This document shows, in pieces, positions 1 to 8,930 of a DNA stretch of 33,548 nucleotides (position 1 is its first letter; each line of letters opens with the position of its first letter). Below the pieces are notes generated by a model. The model was not told where the DNA came from. It saw only the letters and a program-made list of their open reading frames with translations, and did not search any database. The position numbers and the translations under genes are program-made. This stretch comes from an uncultured virus (IMG/VR IMGVR_UViG_3300011855_000001) (lineage: Duplodnaviria > Heunggongvirae > Uroviricota > Caudoviricetes), in the IMG/VR virus record IMGVR_UViG_3300011855_000001, positions 62,001 to 95,548 of that record. One strand, 5' to 3'.

Positions 1-142
1 CGGGCTTGAGCTCCTGCTTGGTGGATTGCATCACCTCCAGTGCAAGATCAGCGTCTACCTCAGTCGCATGGTAGCCAGCCTGCCACGTATACCAGCCATT
101 CGCGCCAGCTGCGCGGATATGGTTTTTAATTGAGTTGATCAT
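1..142 (-). CDS. Hypothetical phage protein, 5' part only (runs off the window)
   Basis: ATG at 142 after AAGGA RBS; open frame MINSIKNHIRAAGANGWYTWQAG... to the window edge; not in the ORF track. Confidence 0.65.
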   Translation of the reverse strand, partial: MINSIKNHIRAAGANGWYTWQAGYHATEVDADLALEVMQSTKQELKP

Positions 143-180
143 GGGTTGGTTCCTTAAATGCCGCATCCATGCGGCCTGCG

Positions 181-786
181 TTACGCTGCGATACCGCGCT
201 GCCCGGTTGCGATAGCCAGACGCGCCTTGCGGTCATAGTGCCCGATCAGGCCCATGGTGATCAGGATCCCCGCCGCCAGAGAAATGATGACGAGCAGAAT
301 CACCAGCTGCGCCTGCTTACTGTCTTTGCTGTCTCCGCCCTTGAATAGCTTGCTAACGCTATCCCACGCGCCGGACACGCCACCATTAGCAGCATTGTAG
401 ATGTTATGGGCGCTGGCGAAGGTGTTCCATGCTGCCGTCCCCATGTTGGCCCAGTTGCGTTCCCGGTACGCCACGATCCAGCTATGCACAGTGATAAGCA
501 GCCCTGTACCGATAGCAGGGATAATGATGCCCAGATACCAGAGGCTGATTGCCGCCTGCGCATATTTCTCGTCGAGGTGCCCGGTAAGGTACGCCACATA
601 TACTTCAATGAAGATAATCACGCTGGAAAAGCCGATTGCGGCCTGAATAGCTCCGCACCAGACCAGCACCCGGATCCAGCCGCCAAGGCGTTTGGACTCG
701 GCCCACATCGTCCCGCAGGTTTTACAGTTGAACCAGCTGATCAGCAGGTTGAGGGCCAGAATTCCCCACAGCAGTAACATTCCCAT
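181..786 (-). CDS. Multi-pass membrane protein (~201 aa)
   Basis: About four hydrophobic segments; start moved to MGMLLLW (ATG 786, AAGGA RBS) to remove the overlap with the upstream gene. Confidence 0.75.
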   Translation of the reverse strand: MGMLLLWGILALNLLISWFNCKTCGTMWAESKRLGGWIRVLVWCGAIQAAIGFSSVIIFIEVYVAYLTGHLDEKYAQAAISLWYLGIIIPAIGTGLLITVHSWIVAYRERNWANMGTAAWNTFASAHNIYNAANGGVSGAWDSVSKLFKGGDSKDSKQAQLVILLVIISLAAGILITMGLIGHYDRKARLAIATGQRGIAA

Positions 787-829
787 TTTGTTTCCTTTGA
801 AAAGTGCCGGGAGCCGCCCGGCGCGGTTG

Positions 830-1048
830 TTATTTATCTTTCTCGCGGTTGTAGCGCTCATGGGTTAGCAGATCCCATGTATCGCCGTTATCCCGGCTCA
901 GTAAACGCCAGCGGATGCCGACCTTTAACGAGATACCACCGCTGCGCTTGAGGTGGGTTATTGCTGCCTCTCCGCGCTGCCACATTTCCAGAATCTGCCC
1001 GGCTTTTATCAGCGCCTGAGCGGGAATTCCTTTCATTGCCTTGAACAT
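830..1048 (-). CDS. Small ParE/RelE-like toxin-fold protein
   Basis: Motif SLKVGIRWRLLSRDNG..W.LLTHERYN resembles small prophage ParE-like proteins (recognised by eye); own promoter and GGTGAGG RBS. Confidence 0.55.
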   Translation of the reverse strand: MFKAMKGIPAQALIKAGQILEMWQRGEAAITHLKRSGGISLKVGIRWRLLSRDNGDTWDLLTHERYNREKDK

Positions 1049-1078
1049 AATATAGCCTCACCTTGGGTTGGTGAGGCT

Positions 1079-1107
1079 ATATTATTACGTCATGGGTGAC
1101 GTGTCAA
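1079..1107 (-). promoter_or_regulatory. Sigma70 promoter with CGTCA-N4-TGACG palindrome in the spacer
   Basis: TTGACA(1107-1102)-17 bp-TAATAT(1084-1079); palindrome at 1088-1101. Confidence 0.8.
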
Positions 1108-1469
1108 CGGGTCGGCACCACTTCTACACCACCGTTGTAGTAGTCGCAGCGCACCCACATCTGAACATCCGGCCTGAACCGCGTCGGGCGCTGGGTTCGC
1201 CATCCCTGCCACGCCCCTGACTCACCTTTTGCGTAAATTTCCAGCTGCCCTACTTCAACCGTTGGCAGGTCACAGGCACGCATCCAGCGATAGTGTGGTT
1301 TGGTGCGACGAAGTGCCGGGCCGACCGCAGTATGCCAGTGGCGCAGCTGTGCCTCTGTCAGATGCTCAGGCCAGCGTGGCAAATCGGAATTCAGATGCTG
1401 AGGGTCAATCTGGAACAGGTACGCGTTATACGCTGCCTCGCCCAGAGTCATCGCTTTAGCTCGGCTCAT
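1104..1469 (-). CDS. Hypothetical phage protein
   Basis: Start set at MSRAKAM, directly after the upstream stop. Confidence 0.65.
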   Translation of the reverse strand: MSRAKAMTLGEAAYNAYLFQIDPQHLNSDLPRWPEHLTEAQLRHWHTAVGPALRRTKPHYRWMRACDLPTVEVGQLEIYAKGESGAWQGWRTQRPTRFRPDVQMWVRCDYYNGGVEVVPTR

Positions 1470-1470
1470 A

Positions 1471-1779
1471 TCAGTACGTCCTGAATCCGTTGCAGTTGCG
1501 CAGGAAGTCCACAAAGTCGGCCTTAAACTCTTTGGCCCGGTCGGCTTCGGAACTAAACCAGCCCGGCGTCGGCTCCCACGCTTCGATGATGTCAGCCATC
1601 TTGCCAGTAGTGCGCGGAGAGACCACCCACGGGTCAGTCGTTTTACGCTGCTCTACCTGCGGCAGCTTCGCCATGCCCGGCAGAAATACCAGCGTCCACC
1701 ATGTACCGTTGGCAATGTCATAGCCCGGCAGACGGTTCTCGTCGCCTTTACGGCGGCGGTCTTCGATAGAAATGGTCAT
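1471..1779 (-). CDS. Hypothetical phage protein
   Basis: 102-aa ORF with GGGGGA RBS. Confidence 0.7.
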   Translation of the reverse strand: MTISIEDRRRKGDENRLPGYDIANGTWWTLVFLPGMAKLPQVEQRKTTDPWVVSPRTTGKMADIIEAWEPTPGWFSSEADRAKEFKADFVDFLRNCNGFRTY

Positions 1780-1917
1780 ACAGATTTATCCCCCGTGTAA
1801 TCAGCCACTACCTTCCCGTTTTTGAAACAATCACAGGCCATCAGGAATCCTTTTAGGGTTGGTTAAATAACCCGTAACGCACCGCGCTACGGGGCCTTAT
1901 TGCTTGATGCGTGGTTG

Positions 1918-1945
1918 ATGATACGTTATGTGTGCCGTAATGCAA
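1918..1945 (-). promoter_or_regulatory. Putative sigma70 promoter with degenerate operator
   Basis: TTGCAT-16 bp-TATCAT; CGTTA-TGTG-TGCCG at 1924-1937. Confidence 0.5.
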
Positions 1946-1948
1946 GCA

Positions 1949-2242
1949 TTATTTACGCTGCTGCTGACGTCCCAGCTCGAACCAGCGCCATGCGGTCGGG
2001 TTGATCGTGCCTCCGCAGTGAATGCACTTATATTTGAGGTGCCGCACCACAGGGCTGTCAGGGTTGGACAAATCCGGGTTAATGGCAAACTCATGATACT
2101 GGCAGCGCTCCAGCCTGAGGTTATTGGCTTTGATGTTCTCCATGGTTGCGCTGATCTCGGCCTCGCTCAGGCCGCTAATTTCTGATAGCGCACTGACTCC
2201 GTTATAGGTGCCGTTCGGGTTTTGATGGTCTTTAAGGCTCAT
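1949..2242 (-). CDS. Hypothetical protein with probable Zn-binding motif
   Basis: GGAGG RBS; CxxH...CxxC (CQYH, CIHCGG). Confidence 0.7.
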   Translation of the reverse strand: MSLKDHQNPNGTYNGVSALSEISGLSEAEISATMENIKANNLRLERCQYHEFAINPDLSNPDSPVVRHLKYKCIHCGGTINPTAWRWFELGRQQQRK

Positions 2243-2255
2243 AGATACCTCCACG

Positions 2256-2277
2256 AAAAAAGGCCCCGCAGGGCCTT
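2256..2277 (-). terminator. Intrinsic terminator
   Basis: AAGGCCC/GGGCCTT stem followed by a T-run on the minus strand. Confidence 0.7.
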
Positions 2278-2363
2278 CGGTTATTTACTGTAAACGGGGC
2301 TCAGACCATGATCTGAGTGCCCGTGTCCTGCTCCCCCGGTCGGGGCATTCCATACCGGGGCTT

Positions 2364-3785
2364 TCACTTTGGGGCAGTGGTAGGCTTCGGCTCAACTGAC
2401 GCTGGTTTGCCTGGCTGATTGCGGATCGTGGTAGCCAGTGCGCCCGGTCGCGTCGCAAAGTAGGTATAACGCCATTTTCCGGTCTGGGTCTCCCAGTATT
2501 TCACGCGCCATCCTGAGTCCTGATCCTCCCACTCCTCAGAGTAATACGCGGGCTTGGCATCGTTATCAGCATTACGCTGCGCGATAGCTGCGGCCTCTCC
2601 GGTCGGCTTCCAGCCGTGCAGGTTGATCTCATCACCTCCACGGTTCTGGATGTGGCGCTGGTATTCAGCGAGAAGGGTGTCCTCAATCTTCGCCAGCTCA
2701 GCAGTTGCCTTACGGCCTGCTGCCGTGCAGTAGAAGTGTGTCAGCTGCTCATAGCGATCAAAGCCGTTTGTCATGTTCAGGAACACGCGGGCCTTTTTGT
2801 CGTACATCAGCTGGAGGTGCGGCTCCATCCATCCCTGCGTCGGGCGTTCTTTCAGGTGGATGTGATACTCAGCCATTTCTGTCCGGTCATGCGGGATCAC
2901 ATCCAGACGGTACAGATAGCCCTGACGCCAGCAGCGCTTGTCAGTGCGCAGGGTACCATCGCTCAGCTCCTCCTCCGCGAGCTCCAGACGCTTCTCGCTG
3001 CCCGGCTTCACATCTGACAGGCCCAGCGAAACACGGCGGTGGACTTCCGCGATCATGCGCTGCGTCGTGTAATGGGGTTGCAGGGTGATGACCAGACCGC
3101 TGATTTTGGCACGCAGCGGGGCCAGCGGGTGCAAGCGCTTCACCACGTCCTCAATGGTTTCATCGCGCTGCTGCAAATGCAGCTGCCCGGACTCCAGCGG
3201 CTCGTAATCATCAGGGGCGGCGTGATCCAGCGTCAGCGCATCGACGGTCTTACCTTGCATCATACGCATCCCATGGCCCAGCTGCGGGGCGCGTACCTCC
3301 TGCACCAAATCCATGACTTCTTTCTGGCGTTCTGTCAGCTCAGGCTCCTCAACAGCGCGGGCCATCAGCTTTTGCAGATCTGGCGTTGGGTCTGCTGGCG
3401 AGTTCAGCACTTCCTGAGGCACGACCGGACGCGTACCACGGCCCGCTAATTGCACCCAAGGCTCACCGCCAGCAGGGAATCGGTCATTCAGATTGAGCAC
3501 GTACTCAGCGTGGGCGAAGGCATCAGCCAGAGTCATTACCGGATCGATGTGGATGGTCTTGCCGTCATAAATCAGGTCAATGGGTTGGTTTTCGGCGACG
3601 GCACGGCCTACGGCATTCAGGAGCGCTTCACCTTCTTCGGCATGGAGTTGAGGCACTTCTTGCTGCTGGGCTTTTACCATTTCCAGACAGGACATAAACG
3701 ACTCAGCTTTTGCCTCAGTAAACTTCTCATTGTGCAGGGCGTTAAATACAGCAACAGCGCGGGCAATAACGGATAATTTCGACAT
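2364..3785 (-). CDS. Large hypothetical phage protein (473 aa)
   Basis: Long ORF with AAGGA RBS; the N-terminal ~45 aa loosely recall DUF6378-like phage domains (weak). Confidence 0.8.
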   Translation of the reverse strand: MSKLSVIARAVAVFNALHNEKFTEAKAESFMSCLEMVKAQQQEVPQLHAEEGEALLNAVGRAVAENQPIDLIYDGKTIHIDPVMTLADAFAHAEYVLNLNDRFPAGGEPWVQLAGRGTRPVVPQEVLNSPADPTPDLQKLMARAVEEPELTERQKEVMDLVQEVRAPQLGHGMRMMQGKTVDALTLDHAAPDDYEPLESGQLHLQQRDETIEDVVKRLHPLAPLRAKISGLVITLQPHYTTQRMIAEVHRRVSLGLSDVKPGSEKRLELAEEELSDGTLRTDKRCWRQGYLYRLDVIPHDRTEMAEYHIHLKERPTQGWMEPHLQLMYDKKARVFLNMTNGFDRYEQLTHFYCTAAGRKATAELAKIEDTLLAEYQRHIQNRGGDEINLHGWKPTGEAAAIAQRNADNDAKPAYYSEEWEDQDSGWRVKYWETQTGKWRYTYFATRPGALATTIRNQPGKPASVEPKPTTAPK

Positions 3786-3804
3786 TAAAGCATCCTTTGT
3801 TCAA

Positions 3805-4206
3805 TTAATTTTCTTGAAACAGCTTGTTGATTTCCAGCATTGCGGTACGGATAAAATCGCAATGCGCTTTATTTCTTACCAGACTGACGTTATTTTGACG
3901 CTCTAACTTTTTGGCTACCTCCATCACTAATTTCAGGCTTTCAACGTTTGCGTTAATCTCGCATTCACGTTCTGCTGTGATCTCTGCCCACTTCTGGCCT
4001 ACCGGGCGAACATGACGGCGCTCATAACGGTTTCCGCCCTCATACTCCCCGTTATGTTTGTAAAACTTCACGCCAGCCACAACGAACGTGTTTTTATAGA
4101 CACGATCAACGGTTATTTTGCGGTACACGTTGAATGTGTGTGAGCCGGGAACATCCACGCGCTCAGTAATTAAAACAACATCACCTTTCTTAACATTCTC
4201 GAACAT
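3805..4206 (-). CDS. Hypothetical phage protein (SH3-like beta-rich N-terminus)
   Basis: 133-aa AT-richer ORF, GGAGG RBS, VKKGDVVLI start. Confidence 0.75.
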   Translation of the reverse strand: MFENVKKGDVVLITERVDVPGSHTFNVYRKITVDRVYKNTFVVAGVKFYKHNGEYEGGNRYERRHVRPVGQKWAEITAERECEINANVESLKLVMEVAKKLERQNNVSLVRNKAHCDFIRTAMLEINKLFQEN

Positions 4207-4238
4207 AAAAAAAGTCCTCCACTTGTGGGGAGGACTTT
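4207..4238 (-). terminator. Intrinsic terminator overlapping the RBS of the next gene
   Basis: 10-bp stem AAAGTCCTCC/GGAGGACTTT then a T-run ending at the ATG at 4206. Confidence 0.6.
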
Positions 4239-4274
4239 AGCGCGTTATCTTTTTTGACGCAAGAATTATTTACG

Positions 4275-4511
4275 TCATTCGTGACGTATCATTGCAACGT
4301 GCCGATAGCTGTTAATATCAATGGCTCTCTCCGGCGATGGCAAAGCCGTGATATCACTAATCGGGGTCTGATCGGGTAATTCCAGCTCCATCAGGGCCGG
4401 AAGTGGCTTAACTCCACGGGAGCGCACAATGCCATCACCAACGTAAGTAAACTCAGTTGAGCCGATACTAATAATCGCGCCTTCCGGCAGCTTGAATTCA
4501 TATTTCATCAA
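4275..4511 (-). CDS. Hypothetical protein
   Basis: 78-aa ORF coupled to the methyltransferase stop. Confidence 0.6.
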   Translation of the reverse strand: MMKYEFKLPEGAIISIGSTEFTYVGDGIVRSRGVKPLPALMELELPDQTPISDITALPSPERAIDINSYRHVAMIRHE

Positions 4512-6019
4512 AACGCATCCTCATCTTCATCAGGATCCGGCAGGTGCCGATCCTCGGTCTCCTCCGGGAATTCCTCCCCGGTGTAGAAGTGGACAGCCTT
4601 GCGCCCGGTCAGGTTCTGCCAGCGACGAATCGCCACATCAGCAAAGCCCAAATCGAGCTCCATCACGCGTGCGCATACGCCCATTCGCTCGGCGGCCACC
4701 AGTGAAGTACCAGAGCCGGAGAAGGGATCCACCATGATGTCATTGAGGCGCACAGTGTTCTTCATCATGCGCTCCCACAGCTCCACGGGCTTCTGCGTCG
4801 GGTGCAGGTCGCTGCGGTCAGGGCGCGGCACGCTGACCACGCTGCCCAGCATTGACTCCACCTTGGCGTCGCCTTCCACCCGCATGATGAGATCGCCGTA
4901 CTGGAAATACCAGTTACCTTCGGCATCCTGTTTGAACGGGCTGGAGTCGCCAAACTCCGCAACGGTCGTTTGCTTCCTGCCACCATGCCAGCGGTGCTTG
5001 GCACCCTTGCGCCAGCCGTACAGGATAGGCTCATGGATGCTTTGGAAGTCAGCCATGCCCAGTGTCATGCTGTTCTTCTTCCAGATGACATTCTGGGAGA
5101 AGTGGAAACCGACCTTTTCAAACGCCCAGCGCAGGCCATGGGCCATCTTGTCGGAGTGGCTGATATAGGTCACGCCGCCCGGCTGCATCGCGTCATAGGC
5201 GCAGCTCAGGACATTGACGAGGAACTGATTAAAGTCCTCCTCGTTTTTCCAGTCGTTAGCGATCCCGCCAGTGCGCGAGCGCTCGCCTCCGATGGCCTTA
5301 TCCATGCGCTTATTCTTCTTGCCCACATCGACGTTATACGGGGGATCGGTCAGCATCATGTTGGCCTTCTCGCCCTGCATCAGCGCCAGCCAGCTTTCCG
5401 GCTGCTCAGCATCGCCAACATACAGGCGATGAGCGCCCAGCACCCACAAGTCTCCCGGACGGCTCTTTGGCTCGTCAGGCAGCGGTGGCGCATCATCAGG
5501 ATCGCTGTCACCTCCTCCTCCCTCCATTGGCGGCAGCTTCATGATCTCGTCCAGCTGCTCAGGGTCGAAGCCGATAACATCCAGATCGTAGTCCAGATCA
5601 GCCAGGGCATTCATTTCGATGCGCAGCATGTCCATGTTCCACTCGGACGCGCGGCCCAGCTGGTTATCCGCGATGATGTACGCCCGGCGCTTGGCCTCAT
5701 CCCAGCCAGTGCAGTCCAGCGTCGGTACCATGCCAATGGGGATCGGTGTGCCATCCGGGAAGGCAATCTGTTTGCCCTCGCTATACAGCTTCATCGCTGC
5801 CAGCTGGCGTCCATGGCCTGCCACAATCCCCTGCTCATCGACGAGGATGGCATTAGTCCACCCGAATTCAAGCATCGACGCGGCGACCTTCTGGACGTGC
5901 GCCGGACTATGGTCGTTTGAGTTGTTCACGTAGGGGATCAGGTTGTCTACCGGACGCAGCCGGATCATCGGGGGGATCACGTCCAGCCCCAGCATCTTGT
6001 TAAAATCTTTATCAGCCAC
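4508..6019 (-). CDS. ParB/Srx-like N-domain fused to N6/N4 DNA methyltransferase (beta order)
   Basis: LIPYVNNSNDHS...FGWTNAILVD..IVAGHGR (ParB-like); catalytic TDPPY precedes HPTQKP and SAM motif DPFSGSGT. Confidence 0.92.
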   Translation of the reverse strand: MADKDFNKMLGLDVIPPMIRLRPVDNLIPYVNNSNDHSPAHVQKVAASMLEFGWTNAILVDEQGIVAGHGRQLAAMKLYSEGKQIAFPDGTPIPIGMVPTLDCTGWDEAKRRAYIIADNQLGRASEWNMDMLRIEMNALADLDYDLDVIGFDPEQLDEIMKLPPMEGGGGDSDPDDAPPLPDEPKSRPGDLWVLGAHRLYVGDAEQPESWLALMQGEKANMMLTDPPYNVDVGKKNKRMDKAIGGERSRTGGIANDWKNEEDFNQFLVNVLSCAYDAMQPGGVTYISHSDKMAHGLRWAFEKVGFHFSQNVIWKKNSMTLGMADFQSIHEPILYGWRKGAKHRWHGGRKQTTVAEFGDSSPFKQDAEGNWYFQYGDLIMRVEGDAKVESMLGSVVSVPRPDRSDLHPTQKPVELWERMMKNTVRLNDIMVDPFSGSGTSLVAAERMGVCARVMELDLGFADVAIRRWQNLTGRKAVHFYTGEEFPEETEDRHLPDPDEDEDAF

Positions 6020-6554
6020 GTTCGATCACCACTCTAATGTTGGTTTCATTGCCATTGCCCTTATCCAGCCCCCACGCCTTACGCTCCCCGTTCTGGGTAT
6101 TGGTCAGCGTTTCGGAGGTGATTTTGGCGAGTTTAGCCAGATCAAAGTTTTTGTCTTTGATGGCCTGATAGGCTAGGGTGCGCGGGTAGTCCCATTCCTT
6201 CTGGTGCTTCTCCAGCAGGTTGGCGCGGGCCAGTGCAGCGAACTCGGCGGTAATCTCATCCGCCAGCGCATTGAGCTCGTCCTCAGTGACTACGCCCAGT
6301 TTGGCCCGGCGCTTCTTGAACTCCTCCAGCGCCTCTTTGCTCATCCCGCTCAGGTTGGGATCCTGCTTGCGCCAGCCCTCCACACGGACTTTTCCAGAAA
6401 TGGTGTCAGGCGCTACGTTAAATTCCTTGGCGAGAAGGGACGGCGTGGCTTCCGGGTCACTCTCGTAACGAATCCGCAGCGCCGTCCATGCCTCTGCCGA
6501 CAGCTTGACGCGAGGCTTACGCCCCGTGGCTTTTGTCTTGCGTGGCGTCACCAT
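6012..6554 (-). CDS. Putative terminase small subunit / HTH DNA-binding protein
   Basis: W..LR.RYE......LLAKEFNV...TI......EGW HTH and C-terminal Q.GERKAWGLD, typical of TerS-like proteins. Confidence 0.65.
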   Translation of the reverse strand: MVTPRKTKATGRKPRVKLSAEAWTALRIRYESDPEATPSLLAKEFNVAPDTISGKVRVEGWRKQDPNLSGMSKEALEEFKKRRAKLGVVTEDELNALADEITAEFAALARANLLEKHQKEWDYPRTLAYQAIKDKNFDLAKLAKITSETLTNTQNGERKAWGLDKGNGNETNIRVVIERG

Positions 6555-6589
6555 AATTTCCTCCTTTAGCGCCGTCCTTGGCGCGGGTG

Positions 6590-6835
6590 TTAATGACTGG
6601 GTTCCTGACGTTTCTTTTCCTCTGCGGTGCAGAGCTCAAGCAGCGTCTGCGAGTGGGCAGCGAAAGACTGCGCCAGCGTTGAGAGGCTGTTTCTCAGGTT
6701 GTGCATGTTGCGATCATCGGCCTGCACGGCTACATGCGTCAGATGAGCAGCGGTGTTTGCACTGTCCTTTGCCAGCTCCAGCAGGCTTGGGATCGGTGTG
6801 AACAGCGAACAATTCAGCGTCGAGGTTTCGGACAT
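6590..6835 (-). CDS. Hypothetical helical protein
   Basis: AAGGAG RBS; overlaps the 3' end of the upstream ORF by ~120 nt. Confidence 0.55.
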   Translation of the reverse strand: MSETSTLNCSLFTPIPSLLELAKDSANTAAHLTHVAVQADDRNMHNLRNSLSTLAQSFAAHSQTLLELCTAEEKKRQEPSH

Positions 6836-7118
6836 TTGGGGTCTCCTTGCGGACGAATAACTGGTGGAAACGTGCGGGCTGCAACAGGAGCGTGCCGCCT
6901 CGCGGTGCGGTAACGAGGTATTGCCCGGCCTGCGGGCGCATCAGGTTGGCCCACTCAGGATTCACTACCAGCGGCGCGATATCCTCATGGAACACGATGA
7001 CCATGCCTGCGGTCGGGTGCAATTTCATATCCCGGATGCGGTGCGCTGTCACCATGGGCAGCTGGTACGGCACGCGGGGGCGATAATGGCTCAGGCCAAA
7101 CGGGCTATTCTTCTGCAT
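6714..7118 (-). CDS. Hypothetical phage protein
   Basis: ORF coupled to upstream gene; RPQAGQYLV motif. Confidence 0.55.
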   Translation of the reverse strand: MQKNSPFGLSHYRPRVPYQLPMVTAHRIRDMKLHPTAGMVIVFHEDIAPLVVNPEWANLMRPQAGQYLVTAPRGGTLLLQPARFHQLFVRKETPNVRNLDAELFAVHTDPKPAGAGKGQCKHRCSSDACSRAGR

Positions 7119-7506
7119 GACTTCCTACCCATCCAAACGGGGTTTTCACATAGCCAGCCGCAATCATGGAGGCGTCTGACAGCTCTTTGAGGCGAGCGTA
7201 CAGCTCCGGCGCTTTCCCATTGGCGTTTTTCAGCTCCCGCTCGTACATGATGCAGAGGTCTTCCCACTCCTCGATATACGGCGCGAGGCGAGGGCAATTT
7301 GCCACCATAGTGGGGAAGTAACCGCGCAGCTCAGGCACGGCCTGAATCAGGCGATAGCAGCGACCGAAGTCTGACGGGTCGTGCGGGATGTCGCCGCCTT
7401 TCAGTGGGCGCAGTGCTGCACGCAGCATGGTTTTGGATGACGCGCCAGTGTCGCGGCCCAGAGCCCATTCCAGCATTTTAAACATCACATCGACGGGCAT
7501 GGTCAT
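7105..7506 (-). CDS. Conserved phage hypothetical protein
   Basis: W...RDTGASSKTM...PHDPSDFGRCYRL..VPE pattern seen in phage hypotheticals. Confidence 0.75.
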   Translation of the reverse strand: MTMPVDVMFKMLEWALGRDTGASSKTMLRAALRPLKGGDIPHDPSDFGRCYRLIQAVPELRGYFPTMVANCPRLAPYIEEWEDLCIMYERELKNANGKAPELYARLKELSDASMIAAGYVKTPFGWVGSHAEE

Positions 7507-7799
7507 GCGCCGGGCCCTCCAGCGATGTGCTTTGAATCACCAGTTTCAGGCCATCCGCCATCGACGGGCGCTGGAATGGCTTTCGGGTATTGTACGGTGT
7601 CATTGTCATCGCGCAGGCAGGAGATCGCCCGGTTGTTCGCTGTCCAGCAGGTTACGCCCAGCTCGCTGTCATGCACGCGGGAGACTACGCCTGTGATTTT
7701 GGTTTCCTTCGCCGGGTAATTTGCGGTCGGGGCTGGATCATCGCAGGAGGCGACCAGAAACGGCACCAGTGCGGCGATCAGCAGTTTGGCCTTCATCAT
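7503..7799 (-). CDS. Putative lipoprotein
   Basis: Signal peptide MMKAKLLIAALVPFLVAS-C with lipobox. Confidence 0.7.
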   Translation of the reverse strand: MMKAKLLIAALVPFLVASCDDPAPTANYPAKETKITGVVSRVHDSELGVTCWTANNRAISCLRDDNDTVQYPKAIPAPVDGGWPETGDSKHIAGGPGA

Positions 7800-7814
7800 T
7801 GGGTTGTCCTTGTT

Positions 7815-7842
7815 AAAAAGCGCTCAGAGAGCGTCTGAGCGC
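7815..7842 (-). terminator. Intrinsic terminator
   Basis: GCGCTCAGA/TCTGAGCGC stem and TTTTT on the minus strand. Confidence 0.6.
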
Positions 7843-7870
7843 ATTATATGGATTCTATTCTTTTTTGCGA

Positions 7871-8743
7871 CTACTCGCCAGAGCTAGGGCAGACGTGAAC
7901 CGAATCACTGGCGTAGCACAGCAGGCATTTCGGGCAGTGCATCACATGGGATGTCTTATGGCTAACCAATGGCACCGCGCAGGTGTGAGGTGTCCCTGCT
8001 TGGTAAACAGATCCACAGTGCTTGCATCTTTCTGTGTGAACTGATCCCACCCAGTGTTGCAGGTTGTTGTTCGGGTTCCACGGGCTCTTGGGATCCTTCC
8101 AGTCGAATGGGGTAACGAACTCGCCGGGGCGCAGCTCAACAGCGTTTTTCGGTGCCTGATTTCCCCAGCTGTCCCAGCCCGGATAGGCGTCGCGCGCGAA
8201 AAGCTCAATGCGTGGCACATCGCCGTACAGCTCCTCGATGCGGTGGAAAATCTCTTTCGGCTTCTGGGAGTGCTCGCCCAGACAGGAGAAGATGATCTGG
8301 CGCACGCTGGCGCTCAGGCGCTCGACGCCTTTACCACGCACGGCGATCAGGCAGTCTTCGGAGTTGGCGCGGGTGTAGTTGCCACCGTTGATTTTCACCT
8401 CATCGTTCAGGAAGTCGAGCATATCCTCCCAGTCGAAGAACTCCGACCGCTCCAGCTTCTTGTTGAATCGGTCAGGTGCGCCCTTGTTGAACTTCACCCA
8501 CGTAAAACCCTTCATGGTGCGTACATCGAAGCCCCACGCCTCAGCCAGCGCCACAGCCTCCTCGGCGTGCGTGGAGGTGTACCACATAACCAGCACGGCA
8601 TCATCATCAGCCAGCGTCCAGACCGGGAGGCGCTTAATGTCCTCTTTCTTCATGGTCAGGTAGTGGTTTTCAGCGGCACCGTTGCTGATTGTGTTGTCGT
8701 AGTGCCATGGCGGATCAGCCAGGATAACTTTGTACTTACCCAC
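7871..8743 (-). CDS. MT-A70 family adenine methyltransferase
   Basis: KYKVILADPPWHY, AWGF, HSQKP, RIELFAR..PGWDSWGNQ; extra Cys/His-rich C-terminal tail. Confidence 0.92.
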   Translation of the reverse strand: MGKYKVILADPPWHYDNTISNGAAENHYLTMKKEDIKRLPVWTLADDDAVLVMWYTSTHAEEAVALAEAWGFDVRTMKGFTWVKFNKGAPDRFNKKLERSEFFDWEDMLDFLNDEVKINGGNYTRANSEDCLIAVRGKGVERLSASVRQIIFSCLGEHSQKPKEIFHRIEELYGDVPRIELFARDAYPGWDSWGNQAPKNAVELRPGEFVTPFDWKDPKSPWNPNNNLQHWVGSVHTERCKHCGSVYQAGTPHTCAVPLVSHKTSHVMHCPKCLLCYASDSVHVCPSSGE

Positions 8744-8930
8744 GGTTGCCCCCTTTGATACGGGCCAGCTTATCGGCGGTGTTCTCGGTCGGCTGATACT
8801 TGGCGTTTGGGAATACCTTTGCCAGTACCTCGGAGTTATTCACCTGATCAATGGCCTCGCACATGCAGGTATAGCCAGCAGGCAGCTGGTCGAGGTCAGG
8901 GATCTTTCCACACTTGCACGGTCTAGCCAT
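8736..8930 (-). CDS. Small Cys-containing hypothetical protein
   Basis: Coupled overlaps on both sides; CxC...CxC. Confidence 0.6.
   Translation of the reverse strand: MARPCKCGKIPDLDQLPAGYTCMCEAIDQVNNSEVLAKVFPNAKYQPTENTADKLARIKGGNRG

Noticed and set aside
4970..5920. Long plus-strand ORFs opposite real genes (also 8054..8758, 10898..11773, 15909..16673, 20967..21767)
   Set aside because: Antisense shadows of GC3-rich coding frames, with no RBS or motifs.
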